64,000 nt of DNA from an uncultured Muriicola sp. Lineage in GTDB: Bacteria > Bacteroidota > Bacteroidia > Flavobacteriales > Flavobacteriaceae. The notes under the pieces are model-generated. The model saw only the letters and a program-made list of their open reading frames with translations. It ran no database searches and was not told the DNA's origin. Numbering within the stretch: the first letter of the stretch is position 1; every line of letters starts with the position of its first letter. The position numbers and the translations under genes are program-made. Below, in pieces: positions 37,571-47,254 of the stretch. Location of the stretch: the NCBI GenBank assembly GCA_965364605.1, contig CBDTYM010000003.1:58-64057 (forward strand), in the 5' to 3' direction.

Positions 37571-38032
37571 ATGACCCTAGACGAAACAGACATCCGATTA
37601 CTTGATCTTCTGCAGGAAGACTGTAAAAAAACCACCAAGGCCTATGCTGTAGAGCTTGGTCTTTCGACAACAGCTGTATACGAACGGATCAAACGCCTCG
37701 AGAGGGAAGGGGTGGTCCGCAAATACGTGGCACTTTTGGACAAGCAGGTCGTAGGGATGGACTTTACCGTGCTATGCCATGTGAAACTCAGCAGGCATAT
37801 AAAGGATTACGTGCTGCAGTTCGAAAGGGAGGTGCAACAGCTGGCAGAGGTCTCTGAGTGTTACCATGTAAGTGGGGATTACGACTACATCCTGAAAGTG
37901 CATGTCGCCCATATGGGTGCCTACCGGGAATTCATGGTGAACAAACTCACCGCCCTGAATAATATCGGCAGTACACAGAGCTCCTTTGTCATCAGCGAGG
38001 TTAAGGCCACCACTGCGATCTCTTTGAGGTAA
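37571..38032 (+). CDS. Lrp/AsnC-family transcriptional regulator
   Basis: LDETDIRLLDLLQEDCKKT...LGLSTTAVYERIKRLEREGVV, followed by a RAM/ACT-like C-terminal domain. It is divergent from the PLP enzyme across a very AT-rich 158-bp spacer. Confidence 0.9.
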   Translation: MTLDETDIRLLDLLQEDCKKTTKAYAVELGLSTTAVYERIKRLEREGVVRKYVALLDKQVVGMDFTVLCHVKLSRHIKDYVLQFEREVQQLAEVSECYHVSGDYDYILKVHVAHMGAYREFMVNKLTALNNIGSTQSSFVISEVKATTAISLR

Positions 38033-38063
38033 AGGTTAGTAGGGCCGAATCTAAAAACATTCG

Positions 38064-38071
38064 TATTTTTG
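38064..38071 (+). promoter_or_regulatory. Bacteroidota -7 box candidate (TATTTTTG = TAnnTTTG)
   Basis: Exact motif 55 nt upstream of the lpdA ATG. A perfect 7-bp hairpin GGGAAAA-GCT-TTTTCCC follows at 38078-38094. Confidence 0.3.
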
Positions 38072-38125
38072 ACCTTCGGGAAAAGCTTTTTCCCACAGGC
38101 TGAAGTCTAAATCTAAAATTACCGT

Positions 38126-39532
38126 ATGTCTCAATTTGATGTGGCCGTTATCGGCTCCGGCCCGGGAGGGTATGTAGCAGCCATCCGCTGCGCCCAACTG
38201 GGAATGAAAACTGCAATCGTGGAAAAATACTCAACCCTGGGAGGCACCTGCCTCAACGTGGGCTGTATCCCTTCCAAGGCCCTCCTGGATTCAAGCCACC
38301 ACTACGAGGATGCCATCAAACATTTTGAGGAGCACGGGATCGAGATCCCCGGAGAGATCAAGGTCAATCTTGAAAAAATGATCGGACGAAAGCAGGCAGT
38401 GGTTGATCAGACTACCAAAGGAATCCAGTTCCTGATGGATAAGAACAAGATTGAGGTCTTTGAGGGAATGGGTAGTTTTAAGGACGCCACTCATATAGAC
38501 ATCAAGCCGGTTAAAGGCAAAGTTACGACCATCGAAGCCAAGAATATCATTATAGCCACTGGGTCCAAACCGGCTACACTCCCATTTATCGAAATAGACA
38601 AAGAGCGGATCATTACCTCCACCGAGGCCCTTGAATTAAAGGAAGTGCCAAAGCATATGATCATTATAGGGGGCGGGGTCATCGGTCTGGAACTGGGTCA
38701 GGTTTACAGCAGGCTCGGTGCCGACGTCAGCGTGGTCGAATTTATGGACCGTATCATCCCGGGTATGGATGGGGCGCTCTCCAAGGAGCTTATGAAGGTG
38801 ATGAAGAAACAGAAAGTGAAATTTCATCTGTCTCACAAGGTGAAGTCCGTAAAACGAAAAGGCAAAACGGTTACGGTCATCGCCGACGACCCTAAAGGAG
38901 GTGAGCTCAAGCTAGAAGGGGATTACTGCCTTGTGTCTGTGGGGAGAAGACCCTATACAGATGGCCTCAATGCAGAAGCAGCCGGAGTGAAAATGGATGA
39001 AAAGGGCAGGGTAGTGGTTAACGATCACCTTCAGACCAATATCTCCAATATATACGCCATAGGCGATGTGGTACGGGGTGCTATGCTGGCACATAAAGCA
39101 GAGGAGGAAGGCACGATGGTAGCGGAGATCCTAGCCGGCCAAAAGCCCCATATCGATTACAATCTGATTCCGAATGTCGTCTATACATGGCCTGAGGTGG
39201 CCTCTGTCGGCAAGACCGAAGAACAGCTCAAAGAAAGTGGGGTAGCCTATAAATCAGGGCAGTTTCCCATGCGTGCTTTGGGAAGGGCCAGAGCCAGTAT
39301 GGACATAGATGGTTTTGTCAAGATCCTGGCTGACAAGGATACGGATGAGGTTCTTGGGGTCCATATGATCGGTGCACGATGTGCAGACCTGATCACTGAA
39401 GCCGTAACAGCTATGGAGTTCAGGGCATCAGCAGAAGACATCGCCAGGATGAGTCATGCGCATCCAACTTATGCAGAGGCAGTGAAAGAGGCCGCCCTCG
39501 CAGCCACAGCAGACCGCGCCCTGCATGTTTAA
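38126..39532 (+). CDS. lpdA: Dihydrolipoyl dehydrogenase (E3)
   Basis: GSGPGGY, redox-active GGTCLNVGCIPSK, GGGVIGLE, and the C-terminal HAHPTYAEA. Confidence 0.95.
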   Translation: MSQFDVAVIGSGPGGYVAAIRCAQLGMKTAIVEKYSTLGGTCLNVGCIPSKALLDSSHHYEDAIKHFEEHGIEIPGEIKVNLEKMIGRKQAVVDQTTKGIQFLMDKNKIEVFEGMGSFKDATHIDIKPVKGKVTTIEAKNIIIATGSKPATLPFIEIDKERIITSTEALELKEVPKHMIIIGGGVIGLELGQVYSRLGADVSVVEFMDRIIPGMDGALSKELMKVMKKQKVKFHLSHKVKSVKRKGKTVTVIADDPKGGELKLEGDYCLVSVGRRPYTDGLNAEAAGVKMDEKGRVVVNDHLQTNISNIYAIGDVVRGAMLAHKAEEEGTMVAEILAGQKPHIDYNLIPNVVYTWPEVASVGKTEEQLKESGVAYKSGQFPMRALGRARASMDIDGFVKILADKDTDEVLGVHMIGARCADLITEAVTAMEFRASAEDIARMSHAHPTYAEAVKEAALAATADRALHV

Positions 39533-39536
39533 TTTT

Positions 39537-40721
39537 TTAACCTTTACTTAATTTAAGGATTCTCAATATCCTGTCTTGCAACAAGATAATATATTCTGAA
39601 GAGAAATAGTAAATCCGCAGGGTTACCGCTTTGATGCCACGGCCAAGGATGCCTATCTGACCTTTGACGTAGGCCTCGTGCCTGTCATATCGCAAAGCGA
39701 TAAAGGAACAGGCGATCATAAAGAGAACGGCTCCGGGGATGACCATGGCCGGTGCCATGCTGTGATCGAAAAACCGGTATAATCCCAATCCTGTAAAGCT
39801 GCCGTACAGGATCACAAAATGGATAACGTAGATAGAAAGTGTATTCTGACCTAGCCTGAGGAGGGTCTGGTTCACCAGCCATTGCCTGAGGATCATAAAG
39901 ACCGCAAATACCACCATCACATTGCCCAGCCGGATAAATAGGTAGTTGTTTGACACGATATCCTGAAAGAGTGTAATCCCGCTGATCTCGTGAAGGGTAG
40001 AAAAGAAAGGCGATGAGAAGTACACCAGACTCACCCCTGTGATCAGGGACAACCAGATGGCAGTAGGGTAGATATTATGGTATGAGTGGTATTTCCTGAA
40101 CAAAACCGCCAGGAAAGCTCCGAAACTGGTATAACCCACCCAGGGGATAACGGTAAATACAGATCCGTTGTTCCTTGTAAGGTAATTGGCCAGGCTTTCT
40201 GGCAGCCCTGAAAAACTCCAGTTGGAATAGATGGGCTCAAAGAGGAAAAGGAAGAGGGTAACGGATAACAATGTTACCGGTAAAGCCCATTTTTTGAGTT
40301 GGGCGGTCAGCAGGTAAAGCCCTATGATGATCATGATGGATATTCCGATGCAGTGGAGAACATCAACCAGGAAGAAGGCCGGATATAGTTTCCCTTGCAA
40401 GAGTCCGAACAGGTTCAGGCGTAGGAGGTAGCCGATCAGCAAAAGCTGAAGTCCTCGCCTCAGCCCTTTTCGTATGCGTGGATTTTCCAATCCTGTTTGA
40501 GGCACACGGATCAGTAAGTAGGTAAAAATAAAGCCGGAAACCGTGAAGAAAACAGGGGCTGTAATCCCTCGGAAATAACGCCATACAGAATACACCGCAT
40601 TTCCGGGATCCCTGAAAACAGGGTCTAGGAGACCGTCCACAAAATGGCCCTGAAGCATCATCAGGATGGCCCAGGCCCTCATGGCGTCAATAAAATGCAG
40701 TCGGTTCGTCTTGTTTTCCAT
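39537..40721 (-). CDS. Membrane acyltransferase-like protein (acyltransferase_3 / DUF1624-like)
   Basis: RLHFIDAMRAWAILMMLQGHF at the N-terminus and about 10 TM helices. Confidence 0.65.
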   Translation of the reverse strand: MENKTNRLHFIDAMRAWAILMMLQGHFVDGLLDPVFRDPGNAVYSVWRYFRGITAPVFFTVSGFIFTYLLIRVPQTGLENPRIRKGLRRGLQLLLIGYLLRLNLFGLLQGKLYPAFFLVDVLHCIGISIMIIIGLYLLTAQLKKWALPVTLLSVTLFLFLFEPIYSNWSFSGLPESLANYLTRNNGSVFTVIPWVGYTSFGAFLAVLFRKYHSYHNIYPTAIWLSLITGVSLVYFSSPFFSTLHEISGITLFQDIVSNNYLFIRLGNVMVVFAVFMILRQWLVNQTLLRLGQNTLSIYVIHFVILYGSFTGLGLYRFFDHSMAPAMVIPGAVLFMIACSFIALRYDRHEAYVKGQIGILGRGIKAVTLRIYYFSSEYIILLQDRILRILKLSKG

Positions 40722-40844
40722 ATCCTAACAATCCTATATACTCCTTTTGACAGGCCCTTGGATGTTTTCGCGGGCAAAATTAGATAAATTGTTTACAATT
40801 CTCTCATTTTTAGGGTATTTTCGCCCCTAACAAAATGCGACTTC

Positions 40845-41378
40845 ATGAGTGATATCCTCGCCTTTGCAGGCAGTAATTCTTCGACTTCCATCAACTACGA
40901 ACTGGTAAAATACTCCGCATCTCTCATTAAAGATCACGATATACAAATGATGGACATGTCAGGTTTCGACCTGCCCATGTTTAGTGTCGATCACGAAAAG
41001 GAATTCGGTTACACCAATTCCCTGGCCGAATTCAGGGATGACATTCACCGTGCTAAAGGCCTTTTGCTTTCTGTGAACGAACACAATGGAAATCCTTCTG
41101 CCTTTTTCAAGAACATGGTCGACTGGCTATCCAGACTCGAAAGGAATTTTCTTCAGGATACCAAGATCTTCCTGATGAGTACCTCCCCCGGCAGAAAAGG
41201 GGGTGCTTCCTCCCTCTCAGTGGTAGAGGCCCTCCTCCCGAGATTTGGAGGTGAGATCATCTCCACCTTTTCTCTCCCTTCTTTTAATCACAATTATAGA
41301 ACAGGAGAAGGAATCACGGATTCGGATCTCTCCGATGCACATCGGCAGGCCCTTGAGAAATGGCTGGGCAGCCTGTGA
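40845..41378 (+). CDS. NADPH-dependent FMN reductase-like flavoprotein
   Basis: ILAFAGSNSSTSINYEL, EHNGNPSAFFKN; flavodoxin-like size. Confidence 0.78.
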   Translation: MSDILAFAGSNSSTSINYELVKYSASLIKDHDIQMMDMSGFDLPMFSVDHEKEFGYTNSLAEFRDDIHRAKGLLLSVNEHNGNPSAFFKNMVDWLSRLERNFLQDTKIFLMSTSPGRKGGASSLSVVEALLPRFGGEIISTFSLPSFNHNYRTGEGITDSDLSDAHRQALEKWLGSL

Positions 41379-41428
41379 TATCTGACGTCTGATACCCTTT
41401 CGACGCCTTTCTTTCTTACCTTTGCAAG

Positions 41429-42736
41429 GTGATTGAAGCATTTAGAGACCATATCGTTAAATCCTTTCCCCAAATATTGGAAACCCCTGGTATTATTGCT
41501 TGTAGCGGAGGGGTAGACAGTGTGGTCCTCGCACATTTATGTGCCCGCTCCGGGGTAGATTTTGCCCTGGCGCACTGCAATTTTAACCTCAGGGGGGAAG
41601 ACAGCGACGAAGACCAGCGATTTGTAGGAGCATTGTCTGATCATTTGGGGGTGAGATTTTTTACTGAATCCTTTGATACCGAGGCTTTCGCTTCCAGGAC
41701 CAAACAATCCATACAGATGGCTGCGCGGGAATTGCGGTACCAGTGGTTTGGCGATTTGCTGAATGATGAGGGCTATATGTGGCTCCTCACCGCTCATCAT
41801 CTGGATGACACCCTGGAAACCTTTCTGATCAACCTCTCCAGGGGCACGGGCATAGAGGGCCTCACCGGTATCCCCAGGGAAGCAGATAAGGTCCTTAGGC
41901 CCTTACTCCCCTTTACCAGAGGGCAGATCCTGGAATTCGCCTCGGAGAATGGGATCGATTGGAGGGAAGACCACAGCAATGAAGACACGAAGTATTTGCG
42001 GAATAAGATCCGACATGAGTTGGTCCCCATACTCAAGGAATTGCATCCAACCTTCCTGAAGAATTTTGGAAAAACCCTGAAAAATCTGACCGCCTCTTCT
42101 GCCTTGTTGTCTCAGTACATCCAAGTCGTGAAGGAACAGCTCTTTGAACCTTACCAGGAAGGTTACCGAATCTCACTCGACCTCCTGGAACAATATCAGC
42201 CGGTAGAAGCTTATCTCTATGAACTTTTCAAGCCTTATGGCTTTACCTCCTGGAAAGATATCAAGGGCCTGTTGAGTTCGATGAGCGGAAAGGAAGTTAG
42301 GTCTGCTTCATACCACCTGATCAGGGATAGGAAGCATCTCATCCTGCAGGAGATCCCAGTATTTGATGAAGAATCTGTTGAGCAGGCCTTTACCCCAGAG
42401 ACCGGAGACCTTCCCCTCGGTCTGAAAATCGAGCCTGTAAGCGAGATTCAGGAAAAGAACAACACCATACTATATGTTGATAAAGAAACGTTAAACGATA
42501 AACTTACTGTCAGGAAATGGCAAAAAGGCGACTATTTTTATCCCCTTGGAATGGATGGAAAGAAAAAGGTATCCAAGTTCTTCAAGGATGAAAAGATGGA
42601 TGCCGTTGCCAAGCAGAACCAATGGCTGCTCTGTTGCGGGGAAGATATCGTTTGGATCGTGGGCAGACGCGCCGATGATCGTTTTAAGATCACTGCAGAC
42701 ACCGAGGAGATCCTGAAAATCACCATGGAAGAATGA
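41429..42736 (+). CDS. tilS: tRNA(Ile)-lysidine synthetase
   Basis: PP-loop ACSGGVDS, LTAHHLDD and RPLL. GTG start. The stop overlaps the dsbD start (ATGA). Confidence 0.9.
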   Translation: MIEAFRDHIVKSFPQILETPGIIACSGGVDSVVLAHLCARSGVDFALAHCNFNLRGEDSDEDQRFVGALSDHLGVRFFTESFDTEAFASRTKQSIQMAARELRYQWFGDLLNDEGYMWLLTAHHLDDTLETFLINLSRGTGIEGLTGIPREADKVLRPLLPFTRGQILEFASENGIDWREDHSNEDTKYLRNKIRHELVPILKELHPTFLKNFGKTLKNLTASSALLSQYIQVVKEQLFEPYQEGYRISLDLLEQYQPVEAYLYELFKPYGFTSWKDIKGLLSSMSGKEVRSASYHLIRDRKHLILQEIPVFDEESVEQAFTPETGDLPLGLKIEPVSEIQEKNNTILYVDKETLNDKLTVRKWQKGDYFYPLGMDGKKKVSKFFKDEKMDAVAKQNQWLLCCGEDIVWIVGRRADDRFKITADTEEILKITMEE

Positions 42737-44730
42737 AGCAATTTATAGTTCTATTAACCTTCTTTTTTGTGAATTTCCCGGCGTTCAGTCAGGAAGGGGA
42801 AGATCCTGTTCAGTGGAGCCAGGAAGTGATACCTTTTGAAGGACAGGAGTACGAACTGGTTATGCGGGCTTCCATAGCTGAAGGCTGGCACGTCTATTCT
42901 CAGTTTACTGCGGAAGGGGGGTCCCTTCCCAGTGAATTTACCTATGTAAATGCAGGGGAGGATTACGAACTCATTGGGCCAACCTCGGAAAGTGAGACTT
43001 TACTGGTCTACAGTGAGATCTTTGAAGTAGAAGAAACCTATTTTAAAGAGGAAGCCGTGTTTCGCCAACGAATACGATTGCTGAATCCTGACGTGCGCCA
43101 GGTGCGGGTCGACTTATTCTACCAGGTTTGCAAGGAGGTCTGTCTTCCGATGGACAAGGTTTTCTATTTTTCTTTGGACGGTAATGCCGTCGTCCAGGAA
43201 ACCGAAACCCTCGACGCTTCCAGCATCGCCAAGGCGGAGGCACTCAAGCTGGACCTCAAGAACAAGGAGGTTCTCCGTCAGGTAGGCGAGGGGCCTGAAG
43301 GCAAGGACAGCAGCCTTTTGGTCATTTTCGGACTGGGTTTCCTGGGTGGATTGATCGCCCTGCTTACCCCCTGCGTTTTTCCGATGATCCCGCTGACGGT
43401 TTCTTTCTTTACCAAAAAATCCCAGACCCGCTCCAAAGGGATTATAGATGCTTCTCTATACGGGTTTTTTATCGTCCTGATCTATTTCTTGCTGAGTCTG
43501 CCCTTCCATGTTTTTGATTCGGTGGATTCACAGATCCTGAATACCATTGCGACTAATATCTGGCTCAACCTGTTCTTTTTCCTCGTTTTTGTCTTCTTTG
43601 CCTTTTCCTTCTTTGGCTATTACGAACTCACCCTGCCCAGCAGCTGGGCGAACCGGATGGATTCAGCCTCAAATAGCGTTGGGGGTGGTCTGGGTATCTT
43701 TTTTATGGCCGTGACCCTGGCGATCGTTTCTTTTTCATGTACCGGTCCCATCCTTGGAGGTCTTTTGGGCAGTACAGCTCTGGCAGAGGGAGATGTAGCC
43801 ACCAACCTCTCGGCAGGGATGCTCGGCTTTGGGGTGGCGCTGGCATTACCCTTCGCCCTTTTTGCCATGTTTCCGGCATGGTTGCAGAGCTTACCCAAAT
43901 CAGGCGGCTGGATGACGACCGTGAAAGTGGTGCTTGGATTCCTCGAACTGGCCCTGGCCTTCAAATTCCTTTCCAATGCCGACCTGGTTGGAAATTGGGG
44001 AATTTTTAAGCGAGAGATCTTCCTCGGTATATGGATCCTGATCTTTTTACTTCTCACACTTTATCTTTTCGGGCTGTTCCGTTTCCCTCATGACGGGAAG
44101 ACATCCGGACTTTCAGCTCTCAGGAAGGTCACGGGGGTCTTATCTGCTGCGTTTTGCCTTTACCTTGTACTGGGGACGATACAAGTGACAAACCTCAAGC
44201 TCCTCAGTGGCTTTCCACCCCCTGATTTCTACACCCTTGCTGAACAGGAAAGCGATTGTCCCCTGGGGATCACATGTTTTAAAGACTTCGAGACCGGCAG
44301 GGAATACGCTCTTGCCGAGAACAAGCCTATTCTCCTCGACTTCACAGGCTGGGCATGCGTGAACTGCAGAAAGATGGAGGAGCATGTCTGGAGCGATCCG
44401 GAAGTATATCGTTTGCTAAACGAGGAATTCGTCTTGATATCTCTCTATGTCGACGATCGAAAAACCCTGCCTGAAGAAGAGCAGTTTAAATATCAGTTCG
44501 ATTCGGGAAGGATCAAGTCGATTGAGGCCGTGGGTGAAAAATGGGGCACCTTCCAGACCATCAATTTCAATGCAGCATCCCAGCCCTATTATGTAATGAT
44601 GTCCCCGGACCTCTACGTGCTCAACTCCTCCATCCAGAATACAGATATCCCGACGTATGAAAAATGGCTCAGGGAGGGATTGCAGAACTTCCGCACCTAT
44701 CAGCAAAATATTGCGGTTAGGGCTCGGTAG
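42733..44730 (+). CDS. dsbD: Thiol:disulfide interchange protein DsbD family
   Basis: N-terminal domain with YQVCKEVCLP. TM domain cysteines LTPCVFPMIP and FSCTGPILG. C-terminal thioredoxin WACVNCRKME. Confidence 0.9.
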   Translation: MKQFIVLLTFFFVNFPAFSQEGEDPVQWSQEVIPFEGQEYELVMRASIAEGWHVYSQFTAEGGSLPSEFTYVNAGEDYELIGPTSESETLLVYSEIFEVEETYFKEEAVFRQRIRLLNPDVRQVRVDLFYQVCKEVCLPMDKVFYFSLDGNAVVQETETLDASSIAKAEALKLDLKNKEVLRQVGEGPEGKDSSLLVIFGLGFLGGLIALLTPCVFPMIPLTVSFFTKKSQTRSKGIIDASLYGFFIVLIYFLLSLPFHVFDSVDSQILNTIATNIWLNLFFFLVFVFFAFSFFGYYELTLPSSWANRMDSASNSVGGGLGIFFMAVTLAIVSFSCTGPILGGLLGSTALAEGDVATNLSAGMLGFGVALALPFALFAMFPAWLQSLPKSGGWMTTVKVVLGFLELALAFKFLSNADLVGNWGIFKREIFLGIWILIFLLLTLYLFGLFRFPHDGKTSGLSALRKVTGVLSAAFCLYLVLGTIQVTNLKLLSGFPPPDFYTLAEQESDCPLGITCFKDFETGREYALAENKPILLDFTGWACVNCRKMEEHVWSDPEVYRLLNEEFVLISLYVDDRKTLPEEEQFKYQFDSGRIKSIEAVGEKWGTFQTINFNAASQPYYVMMSPDLYVLNSSIQNTDIPTYEKWLREGLQNFRTYQQNIAVRAR

Positions 44731-44782
44731 GCGATTTACAGCTTTTTAAAAATACTATCTTTATCATAAGATTATACCACTA

Positions 44783-47179
44783 GTGAAAACGATCAGAAAA
44801 ATTGGATGGATCATCATCGGTATCCTGGGCATTGTCCTCATTGCCGGTTTGGCTGTCAAGCAGGCATTGAAACCTGATTATTCGGGAGAAAAGTCTATGG
44901 TGACCTTGTCATCCGACGTCACCGTAACTTACGATCTCTACGGAATCCCGCACATCGAGGCTGACAGTGAGGAAGACGCTTTCAGGGTACTGGGATACGT
45001 CCATGCTCAGGATCGGCTCTGGCAAATGGAATTGCTGAGAAGAGTGGCTGTAGGGGGATTGTCCGAAGTTTTCGGAAAAGATCTGCTCACCACGGACCGT
45101 TTCTTCCTTTCACTTGGGATTGACGATGCCTCAGTTCAAAGTGTACGTCAGCTGGACGCAAACAGCGAAGTAGCCATCCTTTCGCAGGCCTACCTCGATG
45201 GGATCAACCGATTTATAGAAGAAGGCCCGACTCCCGTGGAATTCCTGCTGACCGGATTGGAGAAGAAGCCTTTTGAGATGGTCGACATATACAATTCTGT
45301 AGGGTATATGGCTTTTAGTTTTGCCATGGCACACAAGACAGATCCCCTGCTGACCATTATCAAAGACTCCCTGGGAGTGGAATACCTACATGACCTGGAG
45401 ATCGACAGTGATCCCTCAACCGTATGGATCAGGAACTTCAAAGGGGAAGAGGTGAGCAGTGAGGCTGCCGTAATTGCAGCTACACGGGAGGCGTTGTCCG
45501 CCTTACCCGTCCCTCAGTTTGTCGGAAGTAATTCCTGGGTCATAGGCCCGGAAAAGACCAAAAACGGAAAGGTAATCTTTGCCAACGACCCCCATATAGG
45601 CTTTGCCCAGCCTTCGGTCTGGTATGAGGCCCATGTCATTACCCCATCCTATGAAAAATACGGCTATCACCTGGCCGGTATCCCAATGCCCTTACTGGGT
45701 CATGATCGAAATCTCGCCTACGGATTTACGATGTTCGAAAATGACGATGTTGATTTCTTCTATGAAACCATCGATGAGCAGGACAGCACAAGATATATGT
45801 CAACCGACGGGTGGAAACAACTGGAAGTGATAGAAAAGACCATCAAGGTTAAGGATGAGCCCGATGTGCTCTTTACCTACAGAAGGACCGAAAGGGGCCC
45901 GATCTTAAATGGTATTGCTAACCAGGTAACAGGAGAACGCCCCATCAGCATGGATTGGATCTATACCAAAGGTGAAAACCGTGTCATGGATGCCCTGTAT
46001 GGGATCAGTCATGCCCGTAACCTGGAAGAATTCCGTGAAGCTTTGCCGGCGATACACGCCCCCGGTCTCAATACCATGTATGGGGACGCGGAAGGTAATG
46101 TGGCCTGGTGGGCCTCTGCCAAATTGTACCGGTTAAAAGACAGTCTCCATACAAAGTTGGTCATGGACGGCAGCCGCGGTGATGACGAAAAGATACGGTA
46201 CCTAGATTTCTCCGAGAACCCTCAGGCCGAGAATCCGCCCTGGCATTATGTATATTCTGCGAATAATCAGCCAGATTCCATATCCGGAATGCTTTATCCG
46301 GGGTATTACCTGCCCGAGAACCGGGCCCGACGAATCGTGTCACTCCTCGAGGGGAAAGACGACTGGGATGCGGCAGCGGTCAGGGAAATGATCAATGACG
46401 ACGTCTCCTCAGTAAACCCGGGTATTGTTACTGAACTGGCCAAGCTGATAGACGTTAAGGAGTTGGATGAACAACAGGCACTGGTGCTAGACCACCTGAA
46501 CAAATGGGATGGCAGTTATTCCACTGATAATACCGATGCCGGGGTTTTCCATCGATGGATCTATTATTTTTTAAAGGACACTTTTGGGGATGAATTGGGA
46601 GATGAAAAGTTTGGACAGTTCGTCACCACGCACTTTCACAAGCGACTTATAGCACCTATGGCTGCCAAATCGGAATCGGTCTGGTGGGATGACATTCAAA
46701 CACCCGACACGGTGGAGACCAAAAGGGACATTGTTAGGAGGACCTATCTAAAAGCTTATGAATCTCTAAAGGAAGATCTGGGAGCAGATATCTCAGAATG
46801 GACGTGGGGTAAATTGCACACCGTGGAACACGCTCACCCAATAGGTCAGATCGCCCTATTGCGTTCCTTCTTTAACGTAGGACCCTTTCCCGTTCCCGGG
46901 TCCAGGGAGGTGATCAACAACATGATGTTTTCCTATGACGGAACTACCGCCTTTAAGGTTACGGCAGGCCCGTCCACGCGGAGAGTGATCGATTTCTCAG
47001 ATGTGGAAAACAGCATGAGTATCCTGCCAACAGGTCAATCCGGAAACCCCTTCAGCAAATTCTACAAAGACCAGGCAAAGATGTTTGCCCGCGGAGAGTT
47101 CCGGAAAATGTTGATAAACAGGGAGGAGATCAGGGAAAATGCTTCTTCTGTTCTCATTTTTAAACCTTCATCAGATTAA
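44783..47179 (+). CDS. Penicillin amidase/acyl-homoserine-lactone acylase family (Ntn hydrolase S45), membrane-anchored
   Basis: N-terminal TM anchor. GYVHAQDRLWQMEL. Predicted autoprocessing/nucleophile site G|SNSWVI (Ser codon AGT at 45527-45529). Also NDPH and GQSG. Confidence 0.88.
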   Translation: MKTIRKIGWIIIGILGIVLIAGLAVKQALKPDYSGEKSMVTLSSDVTVTYDLYGIPHIEADSEEDAFRVLGYVHAQDRLWQMELLRRVAVGGLSEVFGKDLLTTDRFFLSLGIDDASVQSVRQLDANSEVAILSQAYLDGINRFIEEGPTPVEFLLTGLEKKPFEMVDIYNSVGYMAFSFAMAHKTDPLLTIIKDSLGVEYLHDLEIDSDPSTVWIRNFKGEEVSSEAAVIAATREALSALPVPQFVGSNSWVIGPEKTKNGKVIFANDPHIGFAQPSVWYEAHVITPSYEKYGYHLAGIPMPLLGHDRNLAYGFTMFENDDVDFFYETIDEQDSTRYMSTDGWKQLEVIEKTIKVKDEPDVLFTYRRTERGPILNGIANQVTGERPISMDWIYTKGENRVMDALYGISHARNLEEFREALPAIHAPGLNTMYGDAEGNVAWWASAKLYRLKDSLHTKLVMDGSRGDDEKIRYLDFSENPQAENPPWHYVYSANNQPDSISGMLYPGYYLPENRARRIVSLLEGKDDWDAAAVREMINDDVSSVNPGIVTELAKLIDVKELDEQQALVLDHLNKWDGSYSTDNTDAGVFHRWIYYFLKDTFGDELGDEKFGQFVTTHFHKRLIAPMAAKSESVWWDDIQTPDTVETKRDIVRRTYLKAYESLKEDLGADISEWTWGKLHTVEHAHPIGQIALLRSFFNVGPFPVPGSREVINNMMFSYDGTTAFKVTAGPSTRRVIDFSDVENSMSILPTGQSGNPFSKFYKDQAKMFARGEFRKMLINREEIRENASSVLIFKPSSD

Positions 47180-47254
47180 TACCCATTCATAACAGTCCAG
47201 GCTGAATGGTCATTTCACTCTCACGGCTTACTTTGTCCGGGAAACCGGAAGGGG

